Assembly: GCA_964466335.1 (NCBI GenBank)
Contig: CAYXSD010000001.1
Coordinates: 58,601-122,600 of the forward strand
From: an uncultured Spirochaetales bacterium
Lineage (GTDB): Bacteria; Spirochaetota; Spirochaetia; SPDA01; CAYXSD01
Length of the DNA: 64,000 bases
Direction: 5' to 3'
A model generated the notes under the pieces. The model was not told where the DNA came from and ran no database searches. It saw only the letters and a program-made list of their open reading frames with translations. The translations under genes and the position numbers were made by a program. Positions within the stretch are counted from its first letter, which is position 1. Every line of letters starts with the position of its first letter. Shown here in pieces: positions 39,701 through 49,376 of the stretch.

Positions 39701-40777
39701 ATGAAGACATTTATCTACATGATAGTAAAACAGTTTACTCCGATCCTACTCTTTTCGCTTATCTTCTTTGTACTTATCCTCGAATTGGTTGATCTTTTTT
39801 CCAATCTCTGGAGATACCTTCACTACGACGTTTCCTTAAAGGATATCTTGACTGTCGCCCTTCTATACCTGCCTAAGTGCGTATCCTATTCTTTACCTAT
39901 TTCCCTTCTCTTTTCTGTATCTTTTACTCTGGGCACACTCTACGGGCACAATGAGCTCATTGCTGTCTTTGGTGCCGGAGTTTCTCTGTTCCGTTTCGTT
40001 TTACCTATTTTATTCAGCGGGATACTTCTAAGCGGTTTCTGGTTCTACTTTGAGGAAGCAGTCGTTATTGATACCTTTAAGGAAAAAAACAACCTTTCCC
40101 GTGAACTGTTAAAGCAGCGCAGGTCCTTAAGCAACGCAAACGTTACTGTATTAAGCCAAGACAGGAGTATCATCTATCAAGCTGATTATTACAACGATAA
40201 CTCAAAAACCCTCTCAGGGCTAACGGTAATTAATTTTAACAGTGATTTAGCCATAGATACCATCATCTACGCGGAATGGGCAAAATGGGCTTCCGGCATT
40301 TGGGAATTGCATGAAACAAGAATATTTTCCCTTCCTTCCAATGGATTTATTACCGAAAAGAAAGAGAGGGTACATAAAGTTGAATACTTAAACGAACCAC
40401 CTTCAACATTTAGAAAAACGGAAAGGAATGTAGAAGAGATGACTATGGAAGACGCTTCTCAGTGGATTACAACGTTAAAACGGGCAGGCTTGGATTACCG
40501 AGGCGCATTAACGGACTATTACAAGCGCTTTTCCTTTGCCCTTACCCCTTTTTTAGTTACCCTTCTTTCCAGTGCTATCGGCGGGAAATTAAAAAAGAAT
40601 ATTCTCCTAATGAGTCTCCTCATAAGCTTGATTATTTCTGTCCTCTACTATGTATTTCAGATGGTTTTTATTCTTATTGCCAAACTTGGGTATATCCCCC
40701 CCCTTATGGGTGCTTGGCTGCCTTTTATTTTGTTTTTAATACCTAGTAGTATGCTTTTTCGTTATGCCAGGACCTAA
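39701..40777 (+). CDS. LptF/LptG family permease (YjgP/YjgQ), second paralog
   Basis: 358 aa with the same topology; tandem with the previous gene. Confidence 0.6.
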   Translation: MKTFIYMIVKQFTPILLFSLIFFVLILELVDLFSNLWRYLHYDVSLKDILTVALLYLPKCVSYSLPISLLFSVSFTLGTLYGHNELIAVFGAGVSLFRFVLPILFSGILLSGFWFYFEEAVVIDTFKEKNNLSRELLKQRRSLSNANVTVLSQDRSIIYQADYYNDNSKTLSGLTVINFNSDLAIDTIIYAEWAKWASGIWELHETRIFSLPSNGFITEKKERVHKVEYLNEPPSTFRKTERNVEEMTMEDASQWITTLKRAGLDYRGALTDYYKRFSFALTPFLVTLLSSAIGGKLKKNILLMSLLISLIISVLYYVFQMVFILIAKLGYIPPLMGAWLPFILFLIPSSMLFRYART

Positions 40778-40787
40778 GGAAGGGTTT

Positions 40788-41930
40788 ATGTACAGGAGTC
40801 CTATCTTTTCTGTAGACCACCAGTCAAGCAAAACAAAAGCCAGGACAGGAAAGCTTTATCTTTTCCATGGCGATATAGAAACACCAGTGTTTATGCCCGT
40901 AGGGACCAATGGCACTGTAAAGGCAGTTAAACCGGATATTCTTAAAGAGATTGGGTATTCACTTATTCTTTCAAATACATATCATCTTTTCCTTCGTCCC
41001 GGTAGAGACATCATTCAGCATTTTGGCGGACTTCACGAATTCTCAACATGGAAAGGTAACATCTTAACCGATTCTGGTGGTTATCAGGTTTTTTCTCTTG
41101 CCCCTTTCAGAAAAGTTCTTCCAGAGGGTGTGCAATTCCGTTCCCACATAGACGGCTCTTATCATTTTCTTTCTCCCGAAGATGTTACTGACATTCAATG
41201 CGTGTTAGGAAGCGACATACAAATGCCTCTTGATGTCTGTACTCCTCCCGGTATATCTCATGAAGAAGCCGTACACGCTGAACAATTAACCTGCGACTGG
41301 GCAACAAGGAGTAAAAAAACATGGCTGGAAAGAACCTACAGCGGTTATAAAGGAATTTTATTTGGAATCGTCCAGGGCAACTTTTTTCACGATCTGCGGA
41401 AGAAAAGTGCCGAGAACATAGAAGAAATCGACTTACCCGGCAACGCAATAGGCGGGCTTTCTGTAGGGGAATCCTTTGCTGTTTTTAAAGAGATTCTTTC
41501 TCTCACTTCTGGTTTACTTTCTAATAATAAGCCTAAGTATGTAATGGGTATTGGAACACCTGAGTATATATTTGAAGCAGTAGAACAGGGGATAGATATG
41601 TTTGATTGCGTTTACCCGACAAGGGTCGCCAGAAACGGGTCTGTCCTTACCTATCAAGGTGTTACTAACTTAAAGAAAGATTATCACAAGATGAATGAAG
41701 GCCCCATCGATGAAAAATGTTCTTGCGCAGTCTGTAAAACATACTCCAGGGCATTTCTTCGACACCTTTTTAAGGCAAAAGAAATACTAGGCCCTGTCTT
41801 GGCGACAGAACATAATTTGCATTTCATGTATACACTTTTAGAAAGTATAAGAGCTTCCATCCGAGTGGACAGATTTGAAGCATTTAAAAATGATTTTTTA
41901 CATGCTTACAATGGGCAACGGAATGAATAA
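40788..41930 (+). CDS. tgt: queuine tRNA-ribosyltransferase
   Basis: ARTGKLYLFHGDIETPVFMPVGT N-terminus, zinc site CSCAVC...H; start chosen at ATG 40788 with AAGGAAG RBS. Confidence 0.85.
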   Translation: MYRSPIFSVDHQSSKTKARTGKLYLFHGDIETPVFMPVGTNGTVKAVKPDILKEIGYSLILSNTYHLFLRPGRDIIQHFGGLHEFSTWKGNILTDSGGYQVFSLAPFRKVLPEGVQFRSHIDGSYHFLSPEDVTDIQCVLGSDIQMPLDVCTPPGISHEEAVHAEQLTCDWATRSKKTWLERTYSGYKGILFGIVQGNFFHDLRKKSAENIEEIDLPGNAIGGLSVGESFAVFKEILSLTSGLLSNNKPKYVMGIGTPEYIFEAVEQGIDMFDCVYPTRVARNGSVLTYQGVTNLKKDYHKMNEGPIDEKCSCAVCKTYSRAFLRHLFKAKEILGPVLATEHNLHFMYTLLESIRASIRVDRFEAFKNDFLHAYNGQRNE

Positions 41931-43519
41931 TGAATCAGAATACGATAGATAATCCTAAACCAATGAGGGAAATGGACCTTCATAAAAGTTCCAAATCAAC
42001 CTTCTCTGTCATGTTTCTGACCTTTATTTCCAGACTCCTTGGGTTTGTCAGGATTGCTGTAGTTGCCGCTATTTTTGGCGCGGGGGGGAAAGCTGATGTT
42101 CTAAACGCTGTATTTACTATTCCAAATAACCTTAGAAAATTAATGGCCGAAGGTGCGCTTTCTTCTGCCTTTATCCCGGTACTATCTGCGGCTAATATTA
42201 ATGATCCCAGCGGGACTACTTCAAAAAGAATTGTTTCTAACTTACTCGCATTCCAAATAGTAGTCCTTGTGCCGCTTTGTATATTCTCCATTATTTTTGC
42301 CGAACCACTTATCAAAATTGTTCTCGTAGAATTCGATGATCCGGAAAAGATAACCCTCTCTGTGGATCTTTTCAGGTGGTTTATAAATTATATTCTGTTT
42401 ATTAGTGTAAGCGCGGTACTTATGGGGGCTTTAAATTCAAAAAATAGTTTTTTCATACCAGCATTAACGCCTATTCTTTTTTCTATTTCCGTTATAATAT
42501 CCATTCTTTGGCTCCATAGGTGGCTGGGAGCTTTTTCAATGGCCTTTGGAGTATTAGTTGGAGGAGTATTGCAAATACTCTTTCAATCCAGGCAATTCAA
42601 AAAACTGAATTTCTCCTTCGCATTAAATTTTCATTTTTCTAATAGCCAATTCCGTGCTATTATTAAAAACTGGCTTCCCGTAGTTGCTACTGCTTCTATT
42701 TTTACGATAAATCAACAAATCGCAGTACGCTTTTCTACCGGATTATCCGATGGCAGTGCCTCCTCTTTACACTACGCTTTAGTCTTCTTTCAACTTCCTT
42801 TTGGCATTTTTTCCGCCTCTATTACAACAGTCCTTTTTCCAAGAATGAGCCGGCAAGTAGAAAGGAAAGACACTGAAGGGTTAAGTGAAAGCCTACAGTA
42901 CGGTTTACGGTTTCTTCTTGTTTTTCTTCTTCCTTCCTCTCTTTTTTTAGTACTTCTTGGGAAGCAAATAATTTCTGTTGCCATGTTCAGGGGAGCATTT
43001 TCTCTTGCGGACACTATACAGACTTCTACAGTGCTTATAGGGTATTCCATCGGTCTTTACAGCGTAGGGGCCTTTAACTTTTTACAGAGAACGTTCTACG
43101 CCCGAGGCAATTATAAAATTCCTTTTTCTACCGCACTTATTACGGTTATTATCGATGTAGGCCTTTCATTATGGTTAAAGGAGACATATCTTGGAGTAAC
43201 GGGTCTTGCCTTGGCAAATTCCGGAGCTTTTACCATAGGCCTTATTGTTTTGCTTATACTAACGAAACATAGTTTAGGTACTCTGCATGGAAAAATAATC
43301 TTATCCACCACTGCAAAGGTCTTTATTTCCCTTATTCCCACCGCGGCTTTCGTCTGTATTTTCCTCTCTCTTACCGGGGATTGGTGGAAACAGGGAAGTT
43401 CCCTATTTTCCTTTTTCATGCTCTTCAGTGTTGGTATAATCGGCATCGGAATACTCATTTTAATGTATCTCCTTTTGAAAATTGAAATGATATGGCATAT
43501 AGTTAAAAGCAGGAGGTAG
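41930..43519 (+). CDS. murJ: lipid II flippase MurJ (MviN)
   Basis: 529 aa polytopic; N-terminal SRLLGFVRIAVVAAIFGAGGKADVLNAVFTIPN is the MurJ hallmark. Confidence 0.8.
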   Translation: MNQNTIDNPKPMREMDLHKSSKSTFSVMFLTFISRLLGFVRIAVVAAIFGAGGKADVLNAVFTIPNNLRKLMAEGALSSAFIPVLSAANINDPSGTTSKRIVSNLLAFQIVVLVPLCIFSIIFAEPLIKIVLVEFDDPEKITLSVDLFRWFINYILFISVSAVLMGALNSKNSFFIPALTPILFSISVIISILWLHRWLGAFSMAFGVLVGGVLQILFQSRQFKKLNFSFALNFHFSNSQFRAIIKNWLPVVATASIFTINQQIAVRFSTGLSDGSASSLHYALVFFQLPFGIFSASITTVLFPRMSRQVERKDTEGLSESLQYGLRFLLVFLLPSSLFLVLLGKQIISVAMFRGAFSLADTIQTSTVLIGYSIGLYSVGAFNFLQRTFYARGNYKIPFSTALITVIIDVGLSLWLKETYLGVTGLALANSGAFTIGLIVLLILTKHSLGTLHGKIILSTTAKVFISLIPTAAFVCIFLSLTGDWWKQGSSLFSFFMLFSVGIIGIGILILMYLLLKIEMIWHIVKSRR

Positions 43520-43521
43520 AT

Positions 43522-44931
43522 TTGGACATTAGAAGAATTGTTGCTCTTTCCGTTTTTGGTTTTTTTATTTTTTGTACAGTACATTCTCTTTTTTCTGATA
43601 ATAATGAGGAAGATACTTCTTCCAGGTCCTCCGAAGCTGTAAAAGAAAGGGAAGAAGACGTAAAAACCCTCTTCGAAGAAAGAAAGGAGATTCTTGCCTA
43701 CGGCATTGAATCAGAGGTTGTAGAACTCCTTAAGACCCTTGCAGAAGAAGAAAATACAAAACTTTCTGAGGATGTGTATTCTCTTCTTACCATGTCCTTA
43801 GGTGAGGATGTAAATAAAGCAATTTTCGCATATTTTACCGCTATTCACTATACAGAAGCCTGGGATAAAGCAACCGGTATTCTAAAAAACCATGAAGACT
43901 ATGGGCGGGACTTACTCCTGGAAGTTATAGAATACCTTTCCATTTTCGAAGATAAAGCTTTTGCCAAGCATCTTTATCCTCTTGTAGATCATTCTAATGA
44001 CTCCATTGCAAGAAAGGCCTTGAAAACTATCGGACTGGATCAAAAAAGTGATAAGGAAAAGTACATCGAGGATTTATTAGAAAAGTTGGATTCAGACGAT
44101 TTCCCAAGTCAGTTAAAACCGGAAATACTTCTTGCTCTTGGCAGCATGAAAGCGGATGCTGCCCGACAGAAGTTGGAAACAATAGTATTGGATGAGAATG
44201 AAGAGTCCACCTGGCGACGCTACGCGGCAGACGCTCTTGGAAAGATCGGCAATCCTGAATCCCTTCAGGTCCTCAATGATGCTTACGAAACCGATGATGT
44301 GTACCTAAGATCCTACATTCTCTACGCTATTGGACAATACGATACAGCTGAGTCTAAGGCCTTCCTCTTAAAGGGGTTGAGGGACTCATTTTGGCGGAGT
44401 AGGGTAGTAGCGGCAAAAGCTTTAGGCGAGTTACAGTATAGCGAAGCTGTCCCTATTCTCGTATACAAAGCAAAAAATGATCCCGAAAACAAAGTTAAAA
44501 TAGAAGCAATTCTGGCGCTTGGGGCAATAGGCAATGCTAAAGCGGTTGAAGAACTAAGAGATTTTTATACAAGCAAAAAATACTCCTTGGAAATAAGAAA
44601 GTCTGCTCTTCTTACCCTTACAAATCACCATACCGAGTCTTCTGTAAATGTTTTTAAAGAGATCATTCAAAAGGAATGGGGTACTAATCAGAGCAGACCC
44701 AACATTCTTATGGAAACGGTAAAAGCCCTTTCAAAGCAAACCTCTCCGGCGTTAAAAGAGATTTTTCTCCTCCTTTTGGACCATCCCCACTATATTGTTA
44801 CAATGCTGGCAATCCGAGGTATCCAGAAAAATGGGTTTACTGAATTAAAGGGCAGAATAGAATCTTTAACAGAAGAGGGAAATTCAAAACCGGTGCGTAA
44901 AACCGCGGCCGATGCTTTAGAATCTCTTTGA
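43522..44931 (+). CDS. secreted HEAT-repeat (PBS-lyase-like) protein, TTG start
   Basis: 469 aa; N-terminal signal/TM; repeated about 30-aa units of the form A(L/I)xALGxIG...A(V/I)P.L; AGGAGG 5 nt before TTG. Confidence 0.55.
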   Translation: MDIRRIVALSVFGFFIFCTVHSLFSDNNEEDTSSRSSEAVKEREEDVKTLFEERKEILAYGIESEVVELLKTLAEEENTKLSEDVYSLLTMSLGEDVNKAIFAYFTAIHYTEAWDKATGILKNHEDYGRDLLLEVIEYLSIFEDKAFAKHLYPLVDHSNDSIARKALKTIGLDQKSDKEKYIEDLLEKLDSDDFPSQLKPEILLALGSMKADAARQKLETIVLDENEESTWRRYAADALGKIGNPESLQVLNDAYETDDVYLRSYILYAIGQYDTAESKAFLLKGLRDSFWRSRVVAAKALGELQYSEAVPILVYKAKNDPENKVKIEAILALGAIGNAKAVEELRDFYTSKKYSLEIRKSALLTLTNHHTESSVNVFKEIIQKEWGTNQSRPNILMETVKALSKQTSPALKEIFLLLLDHPHYIVTMLAIRGIQKNGFTELKGRIESLTEEGNSKPVRKTAADALESL

Positions 44932-44939
44932 TTTGTACA

Positions 44940-46559
44940 TTACTTTTCCCCAAGGGTATCTTCCGATAATCCGGTATGATCAGTAAGATGAATAATTTTA
45001 TTTATTCTGTCTCTCTTTGAAATATACGGTTTGAATGTAAAGAAGATTCTTTTACCTTTATCTGTAAGGGCTGTTAATTCCCTGTTTAGGCAATCTTTGA
45101 GTGTGCTCTTTGGATATAAAAGAAACTCTTTCTTTATAGGCTCAAATACGAAGGTTTCCCCGTCATAAGATATTTTTCCAATATTCCTTGGAATCGGCAT
45201 AAGAAAGATCCAGAAATTCGAGCCCCGGCCGCCAACGGTTTTTACATCGCCTTTCTTCATTATTGCAACATTTCTTAATCCAATATTTCTATTTTGGTTT
45301 ACCACGAATAATTCTATTGCTCTGCCTTCTTTTTCTTCCATCTTAGAGTAGTCAACTTTATAGAGACTTTTCTCTCCAACACTGCTTGTCCAACTTGTAT
45401 CAAAGACAACTCTCTTTAGAAAAAACAAAATACTCGTAACAGCAACGACCAATAGAACAATAAGAAAAATTGGAGTGAATTTCCTTAGAGTATTTCCCGC
45501 TTTTTCCGCACTACTCTGTTTAAGCTCTAAGGATATAATTCCTTCCTTTGGTGCTGCTTTTGTTTTTTCAACAAAGCCTAAAGTTATTCTAAGGTCTTGT
45601 TTTCCCGGCTCCAAGGATTTAGGAAGAGAGATAGGACAGTCTATTGATTTTTTTTCATCCCTATTAATTAATAGTGAAACGGGTTCCCTCAAAATATTCT
45701 TGTTATCTAATACTATTCTCTTCAATCTGAGATGGATTTCCTCATTGGTAGTATTTATAAATGTTAAAGGCAAATTAAAAGAATATCCTACGAGGCCCAA
45801 TTGATCCGGATAGATTACGGTTGCCATATTAAAGGTCTTGTGAGATAGTTCTTCACTCTCACCATCTTCATACTCTACGATTGGTACATCCAGCTCTTCC
45901 GAAATATCATCTAAAAGACCTTCTTCTGAAATGTCTTCTTCCGACTTCTCTTTCGATCCTTCTTTCGATTCTTCATCTTCGTTTTTGTCTGTCATGCTCT
46001 TTTTAGCTGTCTTTTCTGTATCTGAAGGTAGTTTTATCAGTCGGACATCCCATCCGCGGCGATTCAACTCTTCAGTAATACGTTTTACTTCTGTTTTTAG
46101 GTTCGGATCGTTTGATGGAAACAGACTGCCCGGAGGAGGATCATGAATACCGTCGGTAAGGATTACAATAGATTTCTCCCTGTCAAATGGCAGATCTATA
46201 GTGTATTGATAGAGATATTTTAAAGCTAGTATAAGATCAGTGTACCGTCCAATAGGTTGCAGGAGCAGCAATCTTTCAAGAATATTGGCGATATCATCTT
46301 TTGTTTGTATTTTTTCGGAAATTTCTATTTCGGGATTACTGTTGAAACTGAGAAGATGGAAGGTATCGCCGCTGTTTACATGTTCCCTAAGTGTATCTCC
46401 AATAACATAGTTAACAAGATCATCATAAATCGGCATAACACTACTGGAGGTGTCCAGAAGTACTACAACATCCTTCGTTTCCTCGCCGTAGAGAACATGG
46501 GTACCTGAGATTACCAAAAAGAAAGCTACTGCTACTATTGCTCCTCGTTTTAACACCAT
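44940..46559 (-). CDS. von Willebrand factor A domain membrane protein
   Basis: 539 aa; signal peptide; MIDAS motif DTSSS within a VWA fold (VVVLLDTSSSV...ILTDGIHD); acidic linker, one TM helix, about 150-aa C-terminal domain of unknown type. Confidence 0.55.
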   Translation of the reverse strand: MVLKRGAIVAVAFFLVISGTHVLYGEETKDVVVLLDTSSSVMPIYDDLVNYVIGDTLREHVNSGDTFHLLSFNSNPEIEISEKIQTKDDIANILERLLLLQPIGRYTDLILALKYLYQYTIDLPFDREKSIVILTDGIHDPPPGSLFPSNDPNLKTEVKRITEELNRRGWDVRLIKLPSDTEKTAKKSMTDKNEDEESKEGSKEKSEEDISEEGLLDDISEELDVPIVEYEDGESEELSHKTFNMATVIYPDQLGLVGYSFNLPLTFINTTNEEIHLRLKRIVLDNKNILREPVSLLINRDEKKSIDCPISLPKSLEPGKQDLRITLGFVEKTKAAPKEGIISLELKQSSAEKAGNTLRKFTPIFLIVLLVVAVTSILFFLKRVVFDTSWTSSVGEKSLYKVDYSKMEEKEGRAIELFVVNQNRNIGLRNVAIMKKGDVKTVGGRGSNFWIFLMPIPRNIGKISYDGETFVFEPIKKEFLLYPKSTLKDCLNRELTALTDKGKRIFFTFKPYISKRDRINKIIHLTDHTGLSEDTLGEK

Positions 46560-46615
46560 ATACCCCTCCTATGTTTTTACTCGTACTCTTGGATTATTGT
46601 TGCTGTACTCGGCAA

Positions 46616-49291
46616 CTAAAAATCAGCTTCTGTTATATCCTCAATTCTAAGATTGTACTCTCTATCGTTAATAACAAAATGAAGATTCTCGCCAACTTTA
46701 TGATTAAGCAATTCACTCCCCAGAGGAGAAAGATACGAAATAATGTATTTTTTCGGTTCCGATTCCCACGGACCTAGTATAGTATACTTTTCTTCTTTTT
46801 GCTCATCCTTATTTGTAAATAGAACAGTTGTACCGAAGGAAATCTTTGTGGTATCCACCTTGTCTTTTTCGAATATCTGAGCTTTCTCAATCTCGTCATT
46901 CAATTTGGAAACATTGTTGTTTAGTATATCCTGCCGCTCTTTAGCTGCTTTGTATTCAGCGTTTTCTCTGAGATCGCCAAGTTCTATAGCAGCACCAATT
47001 TCTTTTGAATTTTCCGGTATTTCGACATCGATAATGTGCTGCAACTCTTTTTTCTTCCTTTCAAAGCTGGATTTTGTAACAATGAGTCCCTGTGTCTTGT
47101 TAATTTGCTCTTTGTTACTTATCAATTTAAAATTAGGAAATTTTTCTATTATCTTATGTCTAAGCTCTATCTTTATCGATGGATCAAGGTCTTTTACGTC
47201 TTCTACCAGTGTGAGCAGGCGGTTTACTGAGTCCTCATCGCTTTCTAATAGATACTTCTCAAGATTTCGGTCCTTAAAAAGAAATCCTTGAATCTGCCTA
47301 TTTAGTTTCCTGTTATTACTTACATCTCTCCTATTATCTATCTCTCGGAAGGTGACATCAAGTAGATGGATCATTCCAATAAGAATTTTTTCGTATTTTA
47401 TATCCCAGCATTCAAACCATTTCTGATCGTGGTTTTTTGCCAGCCAGATAAAAGACTCCCTGTAATCCCTGGAATTTTCAACAATATCATTAAAAAGTGT
47501 TCTTAGCTTCTCCGGATAGTGCTCTTTAAGTTCGTCTATAATATATTTTGTTAAGTAAGCCGGAAATAATCTAGTATACACGTCACCCCAATCGGAGAGA
47601 TGTTTCTTTACTTCAGCAAGAAAGATTTTTTTCAATTCAGTATCTTCGATTTTTGCAAAAGTTTCTTCTAAATTGTTCGTCTCTTCAATAAGCTCAGGGA
47701 ACGAAAGGTCCAAACCCGGATTCAAATATGGATGATCTTTAACCAAATCGGTTATAAGTAAATAACTTGCAATTATCTGCTCATTTACAACGTTAAAGGC
47801 TCGAAGAAAATTTACAAAATAATCAACCATTTCAGCAAAAAAATCCGAATCGGGATCAGAATTTCTTAAAAATTCTCGTAATGTTTGTACCCTGTTAAAA
47901 AAGCTTTTTTCCGCTTTGAATTTGTTAAAAACCTTTTCTTCGTAGGAAATAGGGTTCTCTCGTACCATGTAAAAATCAACTTTATCTGGAAGGTGACCAA
48001 AATCTTGATTTGTCTTTAAGACCTTTCTAGCCTCCGTACTCCAAGATGACCATTCTCCCTGGGTCAAAATGCTGGGGACCAGCTCGTTTTTGATTTTTTT
48101 CATATCGGCAGCATTATCAAAACTTTTTATGACCGTTTTCAAGGCCCAGGGAATATCTTTTTTTACTTTTTGCTTAAGTTCATCCTTTTTCATTATGACT
48201 TTAAGCACCCATATATGGTCTTTAGCAAGAATGTTCAGAGCGTTCACGGCCATTTTTAGGCTCATTTTATGTCCGCGCTTTCTGGAAAAATCAATAGTTA
48301 TTTCATCATCTTTTATACCGGAAATAAGACCAATACCCCATGATCTGTGACATACGAAATTACCGGCATCAAAACTAATGTGTTTCTCGAAATCTCCTAT
48401 AGCATCGTGAACATTTCTCCAACTCTGGGTAAGGTTAGATAGACGTATATACTCTTCTAAATGGCTGTGATAGCTGTACTTTTCTTTATAACAATCTAGT
48501 ATTTCTTTTCTAGCCCATTCATTCTTTGAATCATAATTTAATATTCTTTTTACTATTTCGATAGACCTGTTCCAATCCTTCTGGTCGTGGTAGTACTCAT
48601 AAAGCTCTTCTAAGAGTTGAGCAGCGCGATCAGGACTAATTGTTTTTTCTATTTTACTGTCTAAATTAAAGAAAAAATCAACCTCTTCGGGTACATAAGC
48701 AATAAGCTTGTGCCAAATATCTTTTACACTGGCAAAAAGTTTTTTGTTAATATATCTGTAAATGGCCTTTTTGTAGTAATCTACTGCCTCTTCGATCTTC
48801 TCTTCTTCTTCTTTTCTTTGAGCTATCTGTTTTACAATGTCAGCTTCCTCATAATCAACCTTTATTAATCTTTCCCATACAGAATACATTTTTTCTTCTT
48901 CATTTTCATGCCGATAACATTCTGCCAGAGTGCGGAGGGCATATTTGTTTTCCCCAAATTCCAGAATTCTATTGCAAAGAAACTCAACAATATTCCATTT
49001 GTGGTTATCAGAAAAAATCGATATGAGCTTAACAAGGTTCGAATCATCTATTAGTTGTATCCGCAATGAAAGGATTCCTGAAATATAAAGAGCTATAATG
49101 CTGTTTTTAGTGTGATGTAGATGTTCATCGCAAAGTTCTTTGATCTCATCCTGACTTTCACTATCAATGGTTTCTTCTATCAGTGTATCCAACTCTTTAA
49201 AATTATTGATTGTGTAACTATTAAGAGTGGCCCTCGTCCATTTTTCTTCATTGAGTAGCTCATTTATTACTCGTACTTTTTTTTCAGACAT
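46616..49291 (-). CDS. greA: transcription elongation factor GreA, long (spirochete-type) form
   Basis: 891 aa; C-terminal roughly 150 aa is a canonical GreA/GreB module (GDLRENAEYKAAKERQ coiled-coil tip, then the FKBP-like domain); a large N-terminal extension, as described for Borrelia/Treponema GreA. Confidence 0.75.
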   Translation of the reverse strand: MSEKKVRVINELLNEEKWTRATLNSYTINNFKELDTLIEETIDSESQDEIKELCDEHLHHTKNSIIALYISGILSLRIQLIDDSNLVKLISIFSDNHKWNIVEFLCNRILEFGENKYALRTLAECYRHENEEEKMYSVWERLIKVDYEEADIVKQIAQRKEEEEKIEEAVDYYKKAIYRYINKKLFASVKDIWHKLIAYVPEEVDFFFNLDSKIEKTISPDRAAQLLEELYEYYHDQKDWNRSIEIVKRILNYDSKNEWARKEILDCYKEKYSYHSHLEEYIRLSNLTQSWRNVHDAIGDFEKHISFDAGNFVCHRSWGIGLISGIKDDEITIDFSRKRGHKMSLKMAVNALNILAKDHIWVLKVIMKKDELKQKVKKDIPWALKTVIKSFDNAADMKKIKNELVPSILTQGEWSSWSTEARKVLKTNQDFGHLPDKVDFYMVRENPISYEEKVFNKFKAEKSFFNRVQTLREFLRNSDPDSDFFAEMVDYFVNFLRAFNVVNEQIIASYLLITDLVKDHPYLNPGLDLSFPELIEETNNLEETFAKIEDTELKKIFLAEVKKHLSDWGDVYTRLFPAYLTKYIIDELKEHYPEKLRTLFNDIVENSRDYRESFIWLAKNHDQKWFECWDIKYEKILIGMIHLLDVTFREIDNRRDVSNNRKLNRQIQGFLFKDRNLEKYLLESDEDSVNRLLTLVEDVKDLDPSIKIELRHKIIEKFPNFKLISNKEQINKTQGLIVTKSSFERKKKELQHIIDVEIPENSKEIGAAIELGDLRENAEYKAAKERQDILNNNVSKLNDEIEKAQIFEKDKVDTTKISFGTTVLFTNKDEQKEEKYTILGPWESEPKKYIISYLSPLGSELLNHKVGENLHFVINDREYNLRIEDITEADF

Positions 49292-49307
49292 TACAACGCT
49301 CCGCTTT

Positions 49308-49376
49308 AGTTAATATCAGCAATTCTAAATATGAAAGTACTTTGGACTTTCATATTTAGAATTGCTCAGTTAATAT
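49308..49376. mobile_element. MITE-like palindromic element: 9-bp direct repeat AGTTAATAT flanking 22-bp inverted repeats CAGCAATTCTAAATATGAAAGT with a 7-nt loop
   Basis: DR at 49308..49316 and 49368..49376; arms 49317..49338 and 49346..49367 (21/22 complementary); a related decayed copy at 27705..27755; lies between the TPR gene stop and the greA start. Confidence 0.55.
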
